64,000 nt of DNA from Clostridiales bacterium (GCA_021205725.1 JAJPWY010000022.1:438-64437), one strand, 5' to 3'. Shown: positions 1 to 10,200, counted from the first letter of the stretch. The notes: generated from the sequence alone by a model not told the origin. Numbers and translations are program-made.

Positions 1-71
1 CTCTGCCGCTCCGTCAGGAGGTCGCCGTAGAAATCGTACAGCATCGTCATGTGAAATGCCTGATCTTTCAT
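1..71 (-). CDS. ylxM: YlxM/UPF0122-like putative DNA-binding protein, 5' fragment (gene runs off the left edge)
   Basis: Truncated, so absent from the ORF track. Minus-strand ATG at 71-69 with GGGAGG 5 nt upstream. Translation MKDQAFHMTMLYDFYGDLLTERQ fits the conserved LYDFYG.LLT..Q start of YlxM-family proteins that usually precede ffh. Confidence 0.55.
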   Translation of the reverse strand, partial: MKDQAFHMTMLYDFYGDLLTERQ

Positions 72-86
72 GGTCGCCTCCCGGAT

Positions 87-118
87 CCGCTTGTAAAGGA
101 ACAACGCTTTACAAGCGG
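87..118. repeat. Perfect 12-bp inverted repeat CCGCTTGTAAAG-N8-CTTTACAAGCGG
   Basis: Read directly. Lies between the ylxM -10 box (121-126) and the ylxM RBS, so it overlaps the predicted transcription start. No T-tract on either side, so not a terminator. Confidence 0.8.
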
Positions 119-120
119 GT

Positions 121-149
121 ACTATACACTATTTCGTTTCTCCTGTCAA
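121..149 (-). promoter_or_regulatory. Sigma-A type promoter for ylxM
   Basis: On the minus strand: TTGACA (149-144), 17-nt spacer, TATAGT (126-121). Confidence 0.6.
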
Positions 150-255
150 GGGTCAGTGTGAAATTTTCAGAGGTATTTCCCCTCACTTTTCGGGAAAACT
201 GAGTGAAGGAATGGAAAGATGCCGTCAATCCACGGCGTTTTACAGGAGGGACACT

Positions 256-3200
256 ATGAACGACAACGAACTGCGCCGGGCCGGAAGGGAGGAGGCGTCC
301 TCCTGGATGAACCGGGGAACGTTCTCCGGGCATCACTTAGCCCGCCAAATCAGGGACGACTTGGCGGCGCTGGAGGCCGTCTGCCGCCGCCTGGAGACGG
401 CGGAGGGAGGAGAGCCTGCCCGGGCCTGGCTGCTGGACAACCGTTATTTGGCCCGGCAGACCGCCGGGCTTCGGCGGACGGTGGGCAATCAAAGGCTTCC
501 AGCCCTCCAACGGGAGGAGCGGCAGCTGCGTCTAATCCGGGTGGGGGAGGCGTTGGCCGGATTGACGCCTTTGACTCCGGAGCGCCTGACCGCCTTCCTC
601 TCCGGTATTCAGGAGGTGGAGCCGCTGACGGAGAGCGAGCTTGCCCTGCTGCCCCAGGCGCTGGGGGCGGGCCTGCTCCACAGCCTGCGCAGCTGTGCAG
701 AGCAGCTGGAGGAGCTGATGCGCCGGGGAGAGCCCACGGATGCGTTGGAGCACCCGCTTCGGGCTGTGACCGCCTCTCTCCGGGCGCTGTACCGGGGAGA
801 GCTGTTGCCGGAGCTGGAATCATTGAGCGTGGTGGACGGTATCTTTCGTCAGGATCCCTCCGGGGTCTATCCCAACATGACGGCGGACAGCCGCCACGCC
901 TACCGCTCCGCCCTGTGTCGTCTGGCAAAGCAGCGGGGCATGAGCGAGACGGCCTGCGCCCAGCAGATGTTAGACCTGGCCCGCCAGGGGACGGAGCGGG
1001 GCGACCACATCGGCGAATACCTGTTTCCCCGGGAGGAAGAACAGCGGCGGGAGCGGGTCAGAGGAGGCTGGTATATCGGCGGGGTGCTGGGGGCGACCAC
1101 CGCCCTGGCCCTCTGGATGGGTATGATCCTGGGGACGTGGTGGCCTGCCCTGCTGCTCTGGCTGCCCCTCTCCGAGCTGGTGAAAAACGGGGCGGATTTC
1201 CTGCTCCTGCGCCTGGTGCCGCCCAGACCGGTGTTCCGGATGGAGCTGCGCCACGGCGTTCCCAGAGAGGGCCGCACCCTCTGCGTCATTGCCGCTCTGC
1301 TCACGGGAGAGACGGCGGTGGACGAGCTGCTCCAAAGGCTGGAGCGCTACGCCCTGGCCAATCGAACCGCCGGAGAACAGGTGACCTACGGCCTGTTGGC
1401 TGACCTGCCCGACCGGGAGCGTCCCATGGACGACGGTGACAGAGCGTTGATTGCCCGGGCATCAGCGGGCATTGAAGGGCTCAACCGCCAATATCAGGGC
1501 CAGTTCTGCCTCCTGTTCCGGGAGCCGGTGCTGGAGAAGCGGGAAAACCGCTACCGGGGCCGGGAGCGAAAGCGGGGGGCGGTGCTGGATGCCGTCCGAT
1601 TCCTCCGGGGGCGGCGGTGCGAGCTGGAGCTGCTGGCCGGAGAGAGGGAACGGCTCACAGGCGTTCGATATCTGTTGGTGCTGGACGGTGACACGGTGCT
1701 GACCATGGAGGCGGTGAACGAGCTGGTGGGCGCTGCGCTCCACCCCCTGAACGTTCCCCGCATCGACCGGGAGTGGCGGGTGGTGACGGCAGGCTACGGT
1801 ATTTTGCAGCCCCGGGTGGAGACGGAGCTTTCACCCCGCCCCGCCAGTGTCTTTGCCCGGCTGTTCGGCGGCCTGGCGGGTCTGGATCCCTACGGCGGGG
1901 CGGTCAGCGACCTGTACCACGACCTCTTTGACCAGGCCAGCTTTCTGGGCAAGGGCCTGCTCCATGTGGAGGCCTTTGGTATCTGCATGGACGGTCGGTT
2001 CCCCAGAGGGCAGGTGCTTTCCCACGACCTGCTGGAGGGAAGCTATCTCCGCACCGGCTGGGTCAGCCGCACAGAGCTCATGGACTCCTTCCCGGAGGGC
2101 GTCCGCTCCTGGCTGGAGCGGAGCCATCGCTGGATGCGGGGGGACTGGCAGCTTCTGGGCTGGTTGGGCCGCCGGGTGAACAACGAGGCGGGAGAACGGG
2201 AGGAGAACCCCATCTCCCCCGTGGCGAAGTGGAAGCTGGCGGACAACCTCCGCCGCTCTCTTGTGCCTCCGGCCACCCTGTTGTCTCTGCTGCTGGGACT
2301 GTTTTTCGGGGGACGGCTGTTTTCCTGGGCTGCGGCGGTCGCCCTGCTCTTCCTGGCCACACGTCCCCTGACGGCTGTGGCCGACCTGCTCTGGCGGCGG
2401 GGGAGAGGCGGCTTTCGCCGATACCACTCCGGTATCTATTCCGGCGTCTCCGGGGAGTTGCTCCGCACAGGCACCCAGCTGCTGCTCCTGCCGGTGCAGG
2501 GCTGGACGGCGCTGTCCGCCATCGGCCTGGCCCTCTGGCGTTCCTATGTCAGCCACCGCCATCTGCTGGACTGGGTGACCAGCGACCAGAGCGGCAGGCA
2601 GAACACCGGCCCTGTCCGCTGGCTTATCCGGTTTTGGCCTGCGGAGGCAGCCGGGCTGGCGGCGCTGCTCTCAGGCAGGTTATCCGGCTTGATTTTGGGC
2701 GCTGCCTGGATGGTCTCGCCCCTCCTGTTTGCCCGGTGGAGCAGACGCCCCGAATATGAAAAACCGATCTCCGAACCGGACAGGGCCTTTCTGCTCCACG
2801 AGGGAGCGCTCATCTGGCGATATTTTGACCGCTGGCTCCGGCCGGAGTATCACTGGCTCATCCCGGATAATGTTCAGGCGCTCCCGGACACCGGGGCGGC
2901 TTTGCGCACCTCTCCCACCAATCTGGGCCTTGCCCTGCTCTCCTGTCTGGCCGCCGTGGATTTGGAGCTGACGTTTCCCCGGCGGGCCATGGAGCTGATC
3001 GGGCATCAGCTGACTACACTGGAGCAGATGGAGCGCTGGCACGGCCATTTCTACAACTGGTACGACATCGAGACGGCAGCGCCCCTCTCTCCCCGGTACG
3101 TCTCCACCGTAGACAGCGGCAACCTCTGCGCCGACCTCATTGCACTGGAGGCAGGACTGCGGGAGCTGAACAGGCCAGATCTGGCCGACCGGGCGGCGGC

Positions 3201-6200
3201 ACTGGCGGGGGAGATGGACTTCTCCCTGCTGTTCGACGCCCGGTGCCATTTATTCTTCATCGGCTACAGCGAGGAGAGCAAAACCTATGACCGGGGGCAC
3301 TATGACCTGATGGCCAGCGAAGCCCGGCTCACCAGCTATCTGGCGGTGGCCCGGGGAGACGTACCGCCCCGACACTGGCGGCGGCTGTCTCGGGCGGTGG
3401 CCCAGGCGGACGGCTACACCGGTATGGTCTCCTGGTCGGGCACCATGTTTGAATATCTCATGCCCCAGCTCCTGCTGCCCTGCTGTCAGGACTCCCTACT
3501 GTCGGAGACGCTGACCTTCTGCGTCGACCAGCAGCGGCGCTTCGCCCGACGGCACGGGATCCCCTGGGGCGTCTCGGAGTCCGCCTTTTACGCGCTGGAC
3601 GGGGCCCAGGTCTACCAGTACAAGGCCCATGGCGTCCCGGTGCTGGGCCTGTGTCGCAGCCGACCAGGGGAGCTGGTGACGGCGCCCTACGCCGCATTTC
3701 TGGCCCTGATGGTGGAGCCAGGACAGGCGCTCGCCGACATCCGACGCTTCCGGTCGCTGGGAGCAGAGGGAAGATACGGCCTTTATGAGGCCCTGGACTA
3801 TACTGCCTCCAGAGGGGGCACGAGGAACAGTCCTCTCATGGTGCAGAGCTGGATGGCCCACCACCTGGGGATGAGCCTGCTGGCCCTGGACAACGCTCTG
3901 GAGGGTCAGCCCATGGTGCGGCGTTTTTTCCGGGACGCCCGTATGTCCGCCGCCCGGGAGCTGCTTCAGGAGCGCATCCCGGTGGGGGCGGAGCCGGTGC
4001 GCCGCCCGGCCTGGGAGGAGCGCCCTGACCGTATCCGGCGCTCGCCCCGGCCCTGGAGCCGAAAGGGGAGCGGTTTGGAGCAAAGCGACCCGGTCTGGGG
4101 CCTGTTGTCCAACGGAGGATATACCGTCCTGCTGTCGGCAGGGGGACAGGGAGCCAGCCGCTCCGGGGAGAGCACCCTTCTGCACCCGGACGGGGTTCAG
4201 GTGCGGGTGAAGACGGAGAATGGCGTTTTGAACGCCTTTCCCAGAGCCTCCGGGGACGGGCATCTGCGCTGGGAGTTCCGGGCGGGACGGGCAGAGCTGC
4301 GTTTGCAGACCGACCGCTTCACCGTGGCCCAGACGGTGGTGGTAGACCGCCTCCGCAACGGAGAGGGCCGCACCGTCACCCTGACTGCCCGGCAGAGCGT
4401 ATCGGGGACGCTGAAGCTCCTCCTCCGACCGGTGCTGGACAGGTGGGACAGCTATGCCGCTCACCCCGCCTTCTCCCGGATGTGCGTGGAGAGCGAGTAT
4501 ATTGGCACCGGCGTCCGCTTCACCCGAAGGGAGGGTCGGGGCACGCCCCAACCGACGCTCACCGTCCTGTGGGACAGGCCGGAGGCGGGCTGGACGACCA
4601 ACCGGGAGCGGTATCTCACCTACGGAACCCTGGCCCACACCCTCCGGGAGGGGACGGTGCTGGATCCCTGCCTTGCCCTGGAGCTGCCCTTCGATCTACA
4701 GGCGGGGGAACGGCTTACCCTCCGGCTGGCGGTGGCGGCGGGGGAACGGGAGGACAGTCTGCTCACCGCCCAGGGCATCCTCGCCCTCCGGCGGCCCACT
4801 CCGTCACCTCTGCTGGATCGGCTGGCCCAGGGGATGGAGCGGGAGGCGGTCACTGCCGCCTTTGTCCTCCTGGCCCGGCTCCAGTCTCCCGGGCCTCTGG
4901 GTCGGGAGGGACGGGTGGAGGGACCGAGCGCCCTCTGGCCCTTTGGAATTTCCGGTGACCTCCCCATTGTCACCAGCCTGGTACAGGAGAACGCTCTGGA
5001 GCCGGGCCTGACCCTGATTGCCCAGCACCGATTGCTCTCCCGATTGGGGTATGCCTTCGATCTGGCGCTGCTGCTGTCGGAGTCGGGAGATTATCAGAAG
5101 CCGCTGAAAAGCCTGGTCAGCCGCCGCCTGGAGGAATCCGGAGGCCGTCTGGGGCAGAAGGGCGGGATACACCTGATCTCCGGCCCGGAGGAGCGATGGG
5201 AGCCTATCCTGGGCATGGCCCACCTCAACCTCCGCCCGGGAGATAAACTGGCCCAGCCGGAGCGGTTTTCGGGTCATCCAGTCCGATGGGAGCGGGCTGC
5301 TGCCCCGGCACAGACACCCCGCTGGCACTGGGAGGAGCACGCCTTTGTCCTGAAGACCGGCGGCGGACTGCCGCCCCTGCGGTGGAGCCATCCTCTGGTC
5401 AGCGACCGGTTCGGCTGGCGCAGCGACGAGGCGGGAACCGGCCACCTCTGGTACCAAAACGCCCAGATGGGCCAGCTCACCCCCTGGCAAAACGACCCCA
5501 TCGCCGCTACAGGCCCGGAGGACATCCTCCTCTCCCGGGAGGACGGTCAGACCTCCCTTTTTGCCAGGCGGGACGGATGGGAGACCACTGTGACCTACGG
5601 CCCCGGCTATGCCGTCTGGCGGAAAAAGCTGGAGGGATGCACCACGACAGTCACCGCCTTCGTCCCTCCTGAGACGGCCCAGCGGCTCCTTCTGGTGGAG
5701 ACGGAGGGAACTGCCCCAGAAGATCGGCTGCTCTGGCGGTTTACCCCCAAGCTGTCCCACCGGGACAGCCAGATGCCCTGGGTGCAGGTAACTGAGGAGA
5801 CAGGCGATCTCCGACTGACCAATCCCGCAGGAACCATGCCGGGGCAGACCCTTCGGCTCTCCGCTCAGCCCGGCTTCACCGGCTGGCGCTGGTCGGAGGG
5901 GGTGCTGGAGCTGACCCTTCCCGCAGACCGGGCCGTTGTGCTGTCTGCAGGGATGGAGGGGGACAGGAGGCTGCCCTCCCTGTCACCTGACGCTGTCCGG
6001 CAGGCGCTGGAGCAGACCAGGAGCTGGTGGCTACAAAAGACCGCTGCTCTGACAGTGCGCACCCCGGAGCCCGCCCTGAACCATTATCTGTCCTTCTGGG
6101 GCCCTTACCAGGTGTTGGCGGGGCGTCTCTACGGGAGAAACGGCCTCTACCAGTGCGGCGGGGCCTACGGCTTCCGGGACCAGCTCCAGGACGCACTGGC

Positions 6201-7554
6201 ACTCATCCCCTTTGCCCCGGAGCTGGCCAGAGAGCAGCTGCTCCGGGCGGCGGGATGCCAGTTCCGGGAGGGAGACGTGCTCCACTGGTGGCACGGCTCG
6301 TCAGACGGCAGCGCCCGGGGGGTGCGCACACGCATTTCAGACGACCTGCTATGGCTCCCCTACGCCCTGGGCCGGTTCACGGCGGAGACGGGAGACCGTG
6401 CTCTGATGGATGCCCTGGTTCCCTATCTGGACGGACAGCCCCTGAGTGCCGACGAGGAGGAACGGTACGACCTGTTCCGTCCCTCGGACAGCACAGACAG
6501 CCTGTATGGTCACGGTGTCCAGGCTGTGGAATGCGTTCTCAACCGGGGCCTGGGCAGCCACGGCCTGTGCCTGATGGGAACGGGGGACTGGAACGACGGC
6601 ATGAACCGGATGGGAGCCGGGGGCAGAGGGGAGAGCGTCTGGCTCACCTGGTTCCTTGCCCTGACCCTGCGGAGCTTTGCGCCTCTGTGCCGCCTGAAGG
6701 ACGACGCCCAGCGGGAGGAGCGGTACGAACGTCTGGCCGACGCACTGTGCCAGTCGGCGGACAGAGCCTGGGACGGGGAATGGTATCTCCGGGGCTACGA
6801 CGACGAGGGCAGACCGGTGGGGAGCCACGAAAACCGGGAGTGCGCCATGGACTCTATCTCCCAGTCCTTCTCCGTCCTGGCGGGAGGCCCCGACCCGTCT
6901 CGTTCCCGCCGGGCGGTGTTGGCGGCGGACGACCGACTCCACGACCGGGCGCACCGCCTGATCAAGCTGCTGGAGCCGCCCTTCCGTGGAGAGACCGACC
7001 CGGGGTATATCCGCTCCTACCCGCCCGGCCTACGGGAGAACGGCGGGCAGTACACCCACGCCGCCTGCTGGCTGGCCATGGCCCTCCTGCGCGCCGGCGA
7101 GCGGGAGCGGGGGACGGAGCTGCTGTTGGACCTCCTTCCCGAGGGGCACCCCCATGAGGTCTATCTGGGGGAGCCGTATGTCCTGGCGGGGGACGTGTAC
7201 ACCGCCCCGGGACAGGAGGGCCGCTGCGGCTGGAGCTGGTACACCGGGGCCGCCGGGTGGTACTGCCAGGGGGCCGTAGGCGACCTGTTGGGCCTCCGGC
7301 TCCGGGAGGGGCTGCTCTATCTGGAGCCGAATCTGCCGGAGCACTGGCCGGGATATGAGGCGACCTGGCGGGGAGAGGGCTTTACTCTGGACATCCGGGT
7401 GGTGCAGGGCGGCGTTCCCGCCGGCCTGACCCTGGACGGGACGCCTGCGGAGGGCGGGATCTCCCTGAAAACCCTCCGGGGCAGTCACGAAATTTACCTT
7501 GCCTTGGCTCAGCCGTCAAAAAACAGTGGTGAAAAACGGGAAACGGATGTATAA
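256..7554 (+). CDS. Cyclic beta-1,2-glucan synthase-like multidomain protein (membrane GT84-type glycosyltransferase + GH94-type glycoside phosphorylase)
   Basis: Single ORF of about 2430 aa with N-terminal TM segments. GT-type motifs: LVLDGDT, SHDLLEG, RWMRGDWQ. C-terminal GH94-like motifs: GGAYGFRDQLQD, GTGDWNDGMN, ENGGQYTHAA. AGGAGGG lies 5 nt before ATG 256; the ORF-track ATG 211 has no RBS. Confidence 0.8.
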   Translation: MNDNELRRAGREEASSWMNRGTFSGHHLARQIRDDLAALEAVCRRLETAEGGEPARAWLLDNRYLARQTAGLRRTVGNQRLPALQREERQLRLIRVGEALAGLTPLTPERLTAFLSGIQEVEPLTESELALLPQALGAGLLHSLRSCAEQLEELMRRGEPTDALEHPLRAVTASLRALYRGELLPELESLSVVDGIFRQDPSGVYPNMTADSRHAYRSALCRLAKQRGMSETACAQQMLDLARQGTERGDHIGEYLFPREEEQRRERVRGGWYIGGVLGATTALALWMGMILGTWWPALLLWLPLSELVKNGADFLLLRLVPPRPVFRMELRHGVPREGRTLCVIAALLTGETAVDELLQRLERYALANRTAGEQVTYGLLADLPDRERPMDDGDRALIARASAGIEGLNRQYQGQFCLLFREPVLEKRENRYRGRERKRGAVLDAVRFLRGRRCELELLAGERERLTGVRYLLVLDGDTVLTMEAVNELVGAALHPLNVPRIDREWRVVTAGYGILQPRVETELSPRPASVFARLFGGLAGLDPYGGAVSDLYHDLFDQASFLGKGLLHVEAFGICMDGRFPRGQVLSHDLLEGSYLRTGWVSRTELMDSFPEGVRSWLERSHRWMRGDWQLLGWLGRRVNNEAGEREENPISPVAKWKLADNLRRSLVPPATLLSLLLGLFFGGRLFSWAAAVALLFLATRPLTAVADLLWRRGRGGFRRYHSGIYSGVSGELLRTGTQLLLLPVQGWTALSAIGLALWRSYVSHRHLLDWVTSDQSGRQNTGPVRWLIRFWPAEAAGLAALLSGRLSGLILGAAWMVSPLLFARWSRRPEYEKPISEPDRAFLLHEGALIWRYFDRWLRPEYHWLIPDNVQALPDTGAALRTSPTNLGLALLSCLAAVDLELTFPRRAMELIGHQLTTLEQMERWHGHFYNWYDIETAAPLSPRYVSTVDSGNLCADLIALEAGLRELNRPDLADRAAALAGEMDFSLLFDARCHLFFIGYSEESKTYDRGHYDLMASEARLTSYLAVARGDVPPRHWRRLSRAVAQADGYTGMVSWSGTMFEYLMPQLLLPCCQDSLLSETLTFCVDQQRRFARRHGIPWGVSESAFYALDGAQVYQYKAHGVPVLGLCRSRPGELVTAPYAAFLALMVEPGQALADIRRFRSLGAEGRYGLYEALDYTASRGGTRNSPLMVQSWMAHHLGMSLLALDNALEGQPMVRRFFRDARMSAARELLQERIPVGAEPVRRPAWEERPDRIRRSPRPWSRKGSGLEQSDPVWGLLSNGGYTVLLSAGGQGASRSGESTLLHPDGVQVRVKTENGVLNAFPRASGDGHLRWEFRAGRAELRLQTDRFTVAQTVVVDRLRNGEGRTVTLTARQSVSGTLKLLLRPVLDRWDSYAAHPAFSRMCVESEYIGTGVRFTRREGRGTPQPTLTVLWDRPEAGWTTNRERYLTYGTLAHTLREGTVLDPCLALELPFDLQAGERLTLRLAVAAGEREDSLLTAQGILALRRPTPSPLLDRLAQGMEREAVTAAFVLLARLQSPGPLGREGRVEGPSALWPFGISGDLPIVTSLVQENALEPGLTLIAQHRLLSRLGYAFDLALLLSESGDYQKPLKSLVSRRLEESGGRLGQKGGIHLISGPEERWEPILGMAHLNLRPGDKLAQPERFSGHPVRWERAAAPAQTPRWHWEEHAFVLKTGGGLPPLRWSHPLVSDRFGWRSDEAGTGHLWYQNAQMGQLTPWQNDPIAATGPEDILLSREDGQTSLFARRDGWETTVTYGPGYAVWRKKLEGCTTTVTAFVPPETAQRLLLVETEGTAPEDRLLWRFTPKLSHRDSQMPWVQVTEETGDLRLTNPAGTMPGQTLRLSAQPGFTGWRWSEGVLELTLPADRAVVLSAGMEGDRRLPSLSPDAVRQALEQTRSWWLQKTAALTVRTPEPALNHYLSFWGPYQVLAGRLYGRNGLYQCGGAYGFRDQLQDALALIPFAPELAREQLLRAAGCQFREGDVLHWWHGSSDGSARGVRTRISDDLLWLPYALGRFTAETGDRALMDALVPYLDGQPLSADEEERYDLFRPSDSTDSLYGHGVQAVECVLNRGLGSHGLCLMGTGDWNDGMNRMGAGGRGESVWLTWFLALTLRSFAPLCRLKDDAQREERYERLADALCQSADRAWDGEWYLRGYDDEGRPVGSHENRECAMDSISQSFSVLAGGPDPSRSRRAVLAADDRLHDRAHRLIKLLEPPFRGETDPGYIRSYPPGLRENGGQYTHAACWLAMALLRAGERERGTELLLDLLPEGHPHEVYLGEPYVLAGDVYTAPGQEGRCGWSWYTGAAGWYCQGAVGDLLGLRLREGLLYLEPNLPEHWPGYEATWRGEGFTLDIRVVQGGVPAGLTLDGTPAEGGISLKTLRGSHEIYLALAQPSKNSGEKRETDV

Positions 7555-7608
7555 TGGTTTCATTGAATGAGCGCAGACTCCGGCCTGCCCAGAGAGGAGC
7601 GTCCTCGT

Positions 7609-8895
7609 ATGAATACCCCCATCCGCACCGAACTGATGCCCGGCGTCTGGCTGACCGCTGTGCAGACCCGCAAATTTAAGACTAGCTGCTGGTCGCTCCA
7701 AATGCTGGCTCCCCTCCGCCGGGAGACCGCCGCTCTGAACGCATTGCTCCCCCGGGTGCTGTGCCAGGGGACTGCTCACTGCCCCGACCAGGAGCTGCTG
7801 GGGGCCGCCCTGGATCGGCTCTATGGCGGCGCAGTCGGCCCCATCGTTAGCAGAAGGGGAGAGATCCACTGTATTGGACTTCAGGGAGCGTTTCTGGACG
7901 ACGCCCTGACCCCGGACGGCGCTCCCATCTTTCCTCAGGCGGCGGAGCTTATGGGCGATCTGCTCCTCCGGCCCGCCACCCGGAACGGACGGCTCCGGGC
8001 AGAGTATGTGGACGGGGAACGAAAAAACCTTCTGGGAGAGATGAGAAGCGTCCAAAACAACCGGAGACAGTATGCCGCCCTCCGGCTGGAGCAGGAGATG
8101 TGTCGGGAGGAGCCCTTCGGAGCAGGTCGCCTGGGCAGTCCCGAGGCGGCGGCGAAGATCAAGGTAAAGCACCTGGATCGGCACTATCGAGACCTGCTGG
8201 CGGAGAGCCGCATGGAGCTGTACTACTGCGGCTCCGCCTCGCCGGAGGAGGTACGCCAGGCCTGGACAGAGGCGCTGATGGGCCTTCCCCGGCGGGGCAG
8301 ACCGGCTCTGCCGGAGACGCTGGTCAACGTCGTCCCGGAGACCGTCCGGGAGGTCACGGAGACCGCTCCCGTCCGGCAGACCCGGCTGGCCCTTGGCTTT
8401 CGCACCGGCTGCGGCATCGACAGCCGCCGCTATCCCGCCCTGCGGGTGACCAACGCCCTGCTGGGTGTCGGCCACAACTCCCGGCTGTTTACCCGTCTGC
8501 GGGAGGAGCGATCCCTGTGCTACGCTGTCTCCTCCTCTCTGGAGGTACACAAGGGATTAATCGTTGTGCAGTGCGGCGTGTCTGGAGAACAGGCGGACGC
8601 TGCCCGGGATGAGATTCTCCGCCAGGTGGAGGCCCTGAAAGCAGGCGCATTTACCGCCGCCGAGCTGGACGCTGCCCGCCGGGGCGCTGCCCACCGACTC
8701 CGCACCGTCCCGGACAGCCAGGCTGCCATGGGCCATTTCTGGCTGGATCAGGCCATAGCGGAGACTCCCTGTACCCCGGAGGAGCTGGCCCGGCTGGTGA
8801 GCGAGGTGACGGCGGAACAGGTGACAGAGTGCGCCGGACAGATCGCGCTGGATACGGTCTACAGGCTGACCGGGGAGGCAGAACAGGAGGGATAA
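7609..8895 (+). CDS. M16 (pitrilysin) family peptidase-like protein, probably the non-catalytic partner
   Basis: About 430 aa with insulinase-like organisation. No HxxEH motif seen. Immediately followed by an HxxEH-bearing paralog (YmfF/YmfH-like pair). Start ATG 7609 has GAGAGGAG upstream; ATG 7567 is the alternative. Confidence 0.7.
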   Translation: MNTPIRTELMPGVWLTAVQTRKFKTSCWSLQMLAPLRRETAALNALLPRVLCQGTAHCPDQELLGAALDRLYGGAVGPIVSRRGEIHCIGLQGAFLDDALTPDGAPIFPQAAELMGDLLLRPATRNGRLRAEYVDGERKNLLGEMRSVQNNRRQYAALRLEQEMCREEPFGAGRLGSPEAAAKIKVKHLDRHYRDLLAESRMELYYCGSASPEEVRQAWTEALMGLPRRGRPALPETLVNVVPETVREVTETAPVRQTRLALGFRTGCGIDSRRYPALRVTNALLGVGHNSRLFTRLREERSLCYAVSSSLEVHKGLIVVQCGVSGEQADAARDEILRQVEALKAGAFTAAELDAARRGAAHRLRTVPDSQAAMGHFWLDQAIAETPCTPEELARLVSEVTAEQVTECAGQIALDTVYRLTGEAEQEG

Positions 8896-8896
8896 C

Positions 8897-10171
8897 ATGG
8901 AACTGAAAACCTTCCCCCGCCTGGGGGAGAGCTGTTATTTCGAGCAGCTGGAAAACGGGATGGCCGTCTTTGTGGTACCCAGGCCCGGTTATAGAAAGAC
9001 ATTTGCCTGTGTCGCCGTCAACTGCGGCGGCATGGACAGCCGCCTGGACGGGGGAGGGAGCGCTCCCGCCGGGACAGCCCATTTCCTGGAGCATAAGATG
9101 TTTGACATGAAGGACGGCAATGCTCACCAGGCCATGACCGCCGCCGGAGCGTCTGTCAATGCCTTTACCTCCAGCGACATGACTGTCTATCATTTCAGCT
9201 GCACCGACCGCTTCCCGGAGCATCTGCGGACGCTGTTGCGCTTTGTCTCCACACCCTTTTTTACGCCGGAGAGCGTGAAAAAGGAGACGGGCATCATCCT
9301 GCAGGAGCTGGCCATGGTGTCCGACCGACCAGGTTGGCAACGACACCAGAAGCTGCTCCAGGGACTTTACATCCACCACCCCATCCGCACCCCGGCCATT
9401 GGCGACCGCAGCTCCATTCAGAAGATCACCGCCGATGTGCTGTACGACTATTACAGCACCTATTATTACCCCGGAAATATGGCTCTCTGTGTGGCAGGGG
9501 ACGTAGACCCTCATCAGGTGGTCTCCACCGCCCGTATGATTTTGCCCCGGGAGCGCCGGGAGCCGGTGGCCCGAACGACGGAAAAGGAGCTGCTCACCGC
9601 TGTACAGCGGGAGACGATCACCGAGGTGGAGGTCTCCACCCCGGAATTTGCCCTGGGACTGAAGCTGGAGCCGTTTCCTGACGGCAATGCGGGGTTCCGC
9701 TGTTCTCTGCTGGGGGAGCTGGCGGCAGAGCTGGTCTGCGGGCGGAGCAGTCCTCTGTATAACCGGCTGTACCGGGAGGGACTGCTGACCCGGCGGTTCT
9801 CTCTGGGCTGCAGCAGTGTTCCCGGGGCGGCCTGCCTCAGCTTTGGAGGCGAAAGCCCTGACCCCGTCCGGGTACGGGACGCCATTCTGGAGGAGGCAGG
9901 GCAGCTGGCCCTGGGCCTGGGACACGAGCGGTTCCAGCAGACGCTCCGGGCGGAGTACGGCGCCAGCGTGCAGGGACTGGATCAGCTTGACGATCTCTGC
10001 CTCGGTCTGGCTGAGAGCTGGTTCTCCGGCTGTCACTACCTGGACTTCGGAGAGCTGTACCCGTCCCTGACGGTCGGGGACGTGCGGGACTTCCTGGGCA
10101 GAGCCTTCCGGCCTGAGAGAAGCTCCCTTTCGGTCACAGCGGCACCGGGACAGATCAAAACGTCCGACTAA
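8897..10171 (+). CDS. M16 family zinc peptidase (catalytic subunit)
   Basis: Inverted zinc-binding motif HFLEH (in GTAHFLEHKMF) near the N-terminus. 424 aa. Starts 2 nt after the upstream M16 gene. Confidence 0.8.
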   Translation: MELKTFPRLGESCYFEQLENGMAVFVVPRPGYRKTFACVAVNCGGMDSRLDGGGSAPAGTAHFLEHKMFDMKDGNAHQAMTAAGASVNAFTSSDMTVYHFSCTDRFPEHLRTLLRFVSTPFFTPESVKKETGIILQELAMVSDRPGWQRHQKLLQGLYIHHPIRTPAIGDRSSIQKITADVLYDYYSTYYYPGNMALCVAGDVDPHQVVSTARMILPRERREPVARTTEKELLTAVQRETITEVEVSTPEFALGLKLEPFPDGNAGFRCSLLGELAAELVCGRSSPLYNRLYREGLLTRRFSLGCSSVPGAACLSFGGESPDPVRVRDAILEEAGQLALGLGHERFQQTLRAEYGASVQGLDQLDDLCLGLAESWFSGCHYLDFGELYPSLTVGDVRDFLGRAFRPERSSLSVTAAPGQIKTSD

Positions 10172-10200
10172 ATCAGAAATAGGAAAAGGAGTAAACTGCC

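Noticed and set aside
1831-7488. Multiple 100-380-aa ORFs inside and antisense to the glucan-synthase gene (for example 1831-2562, 3496-4638, 4804-5760, 6027-7157, 6349-6954, 7030-7488).
   Set aside because: They are Arg/Pro/Gly/Ala-rich products typical of off-frame translation of GC-rich coding DNA. They are nested in one uninterrupted 7.3-kb ORF with recognisable catalytic motifs.
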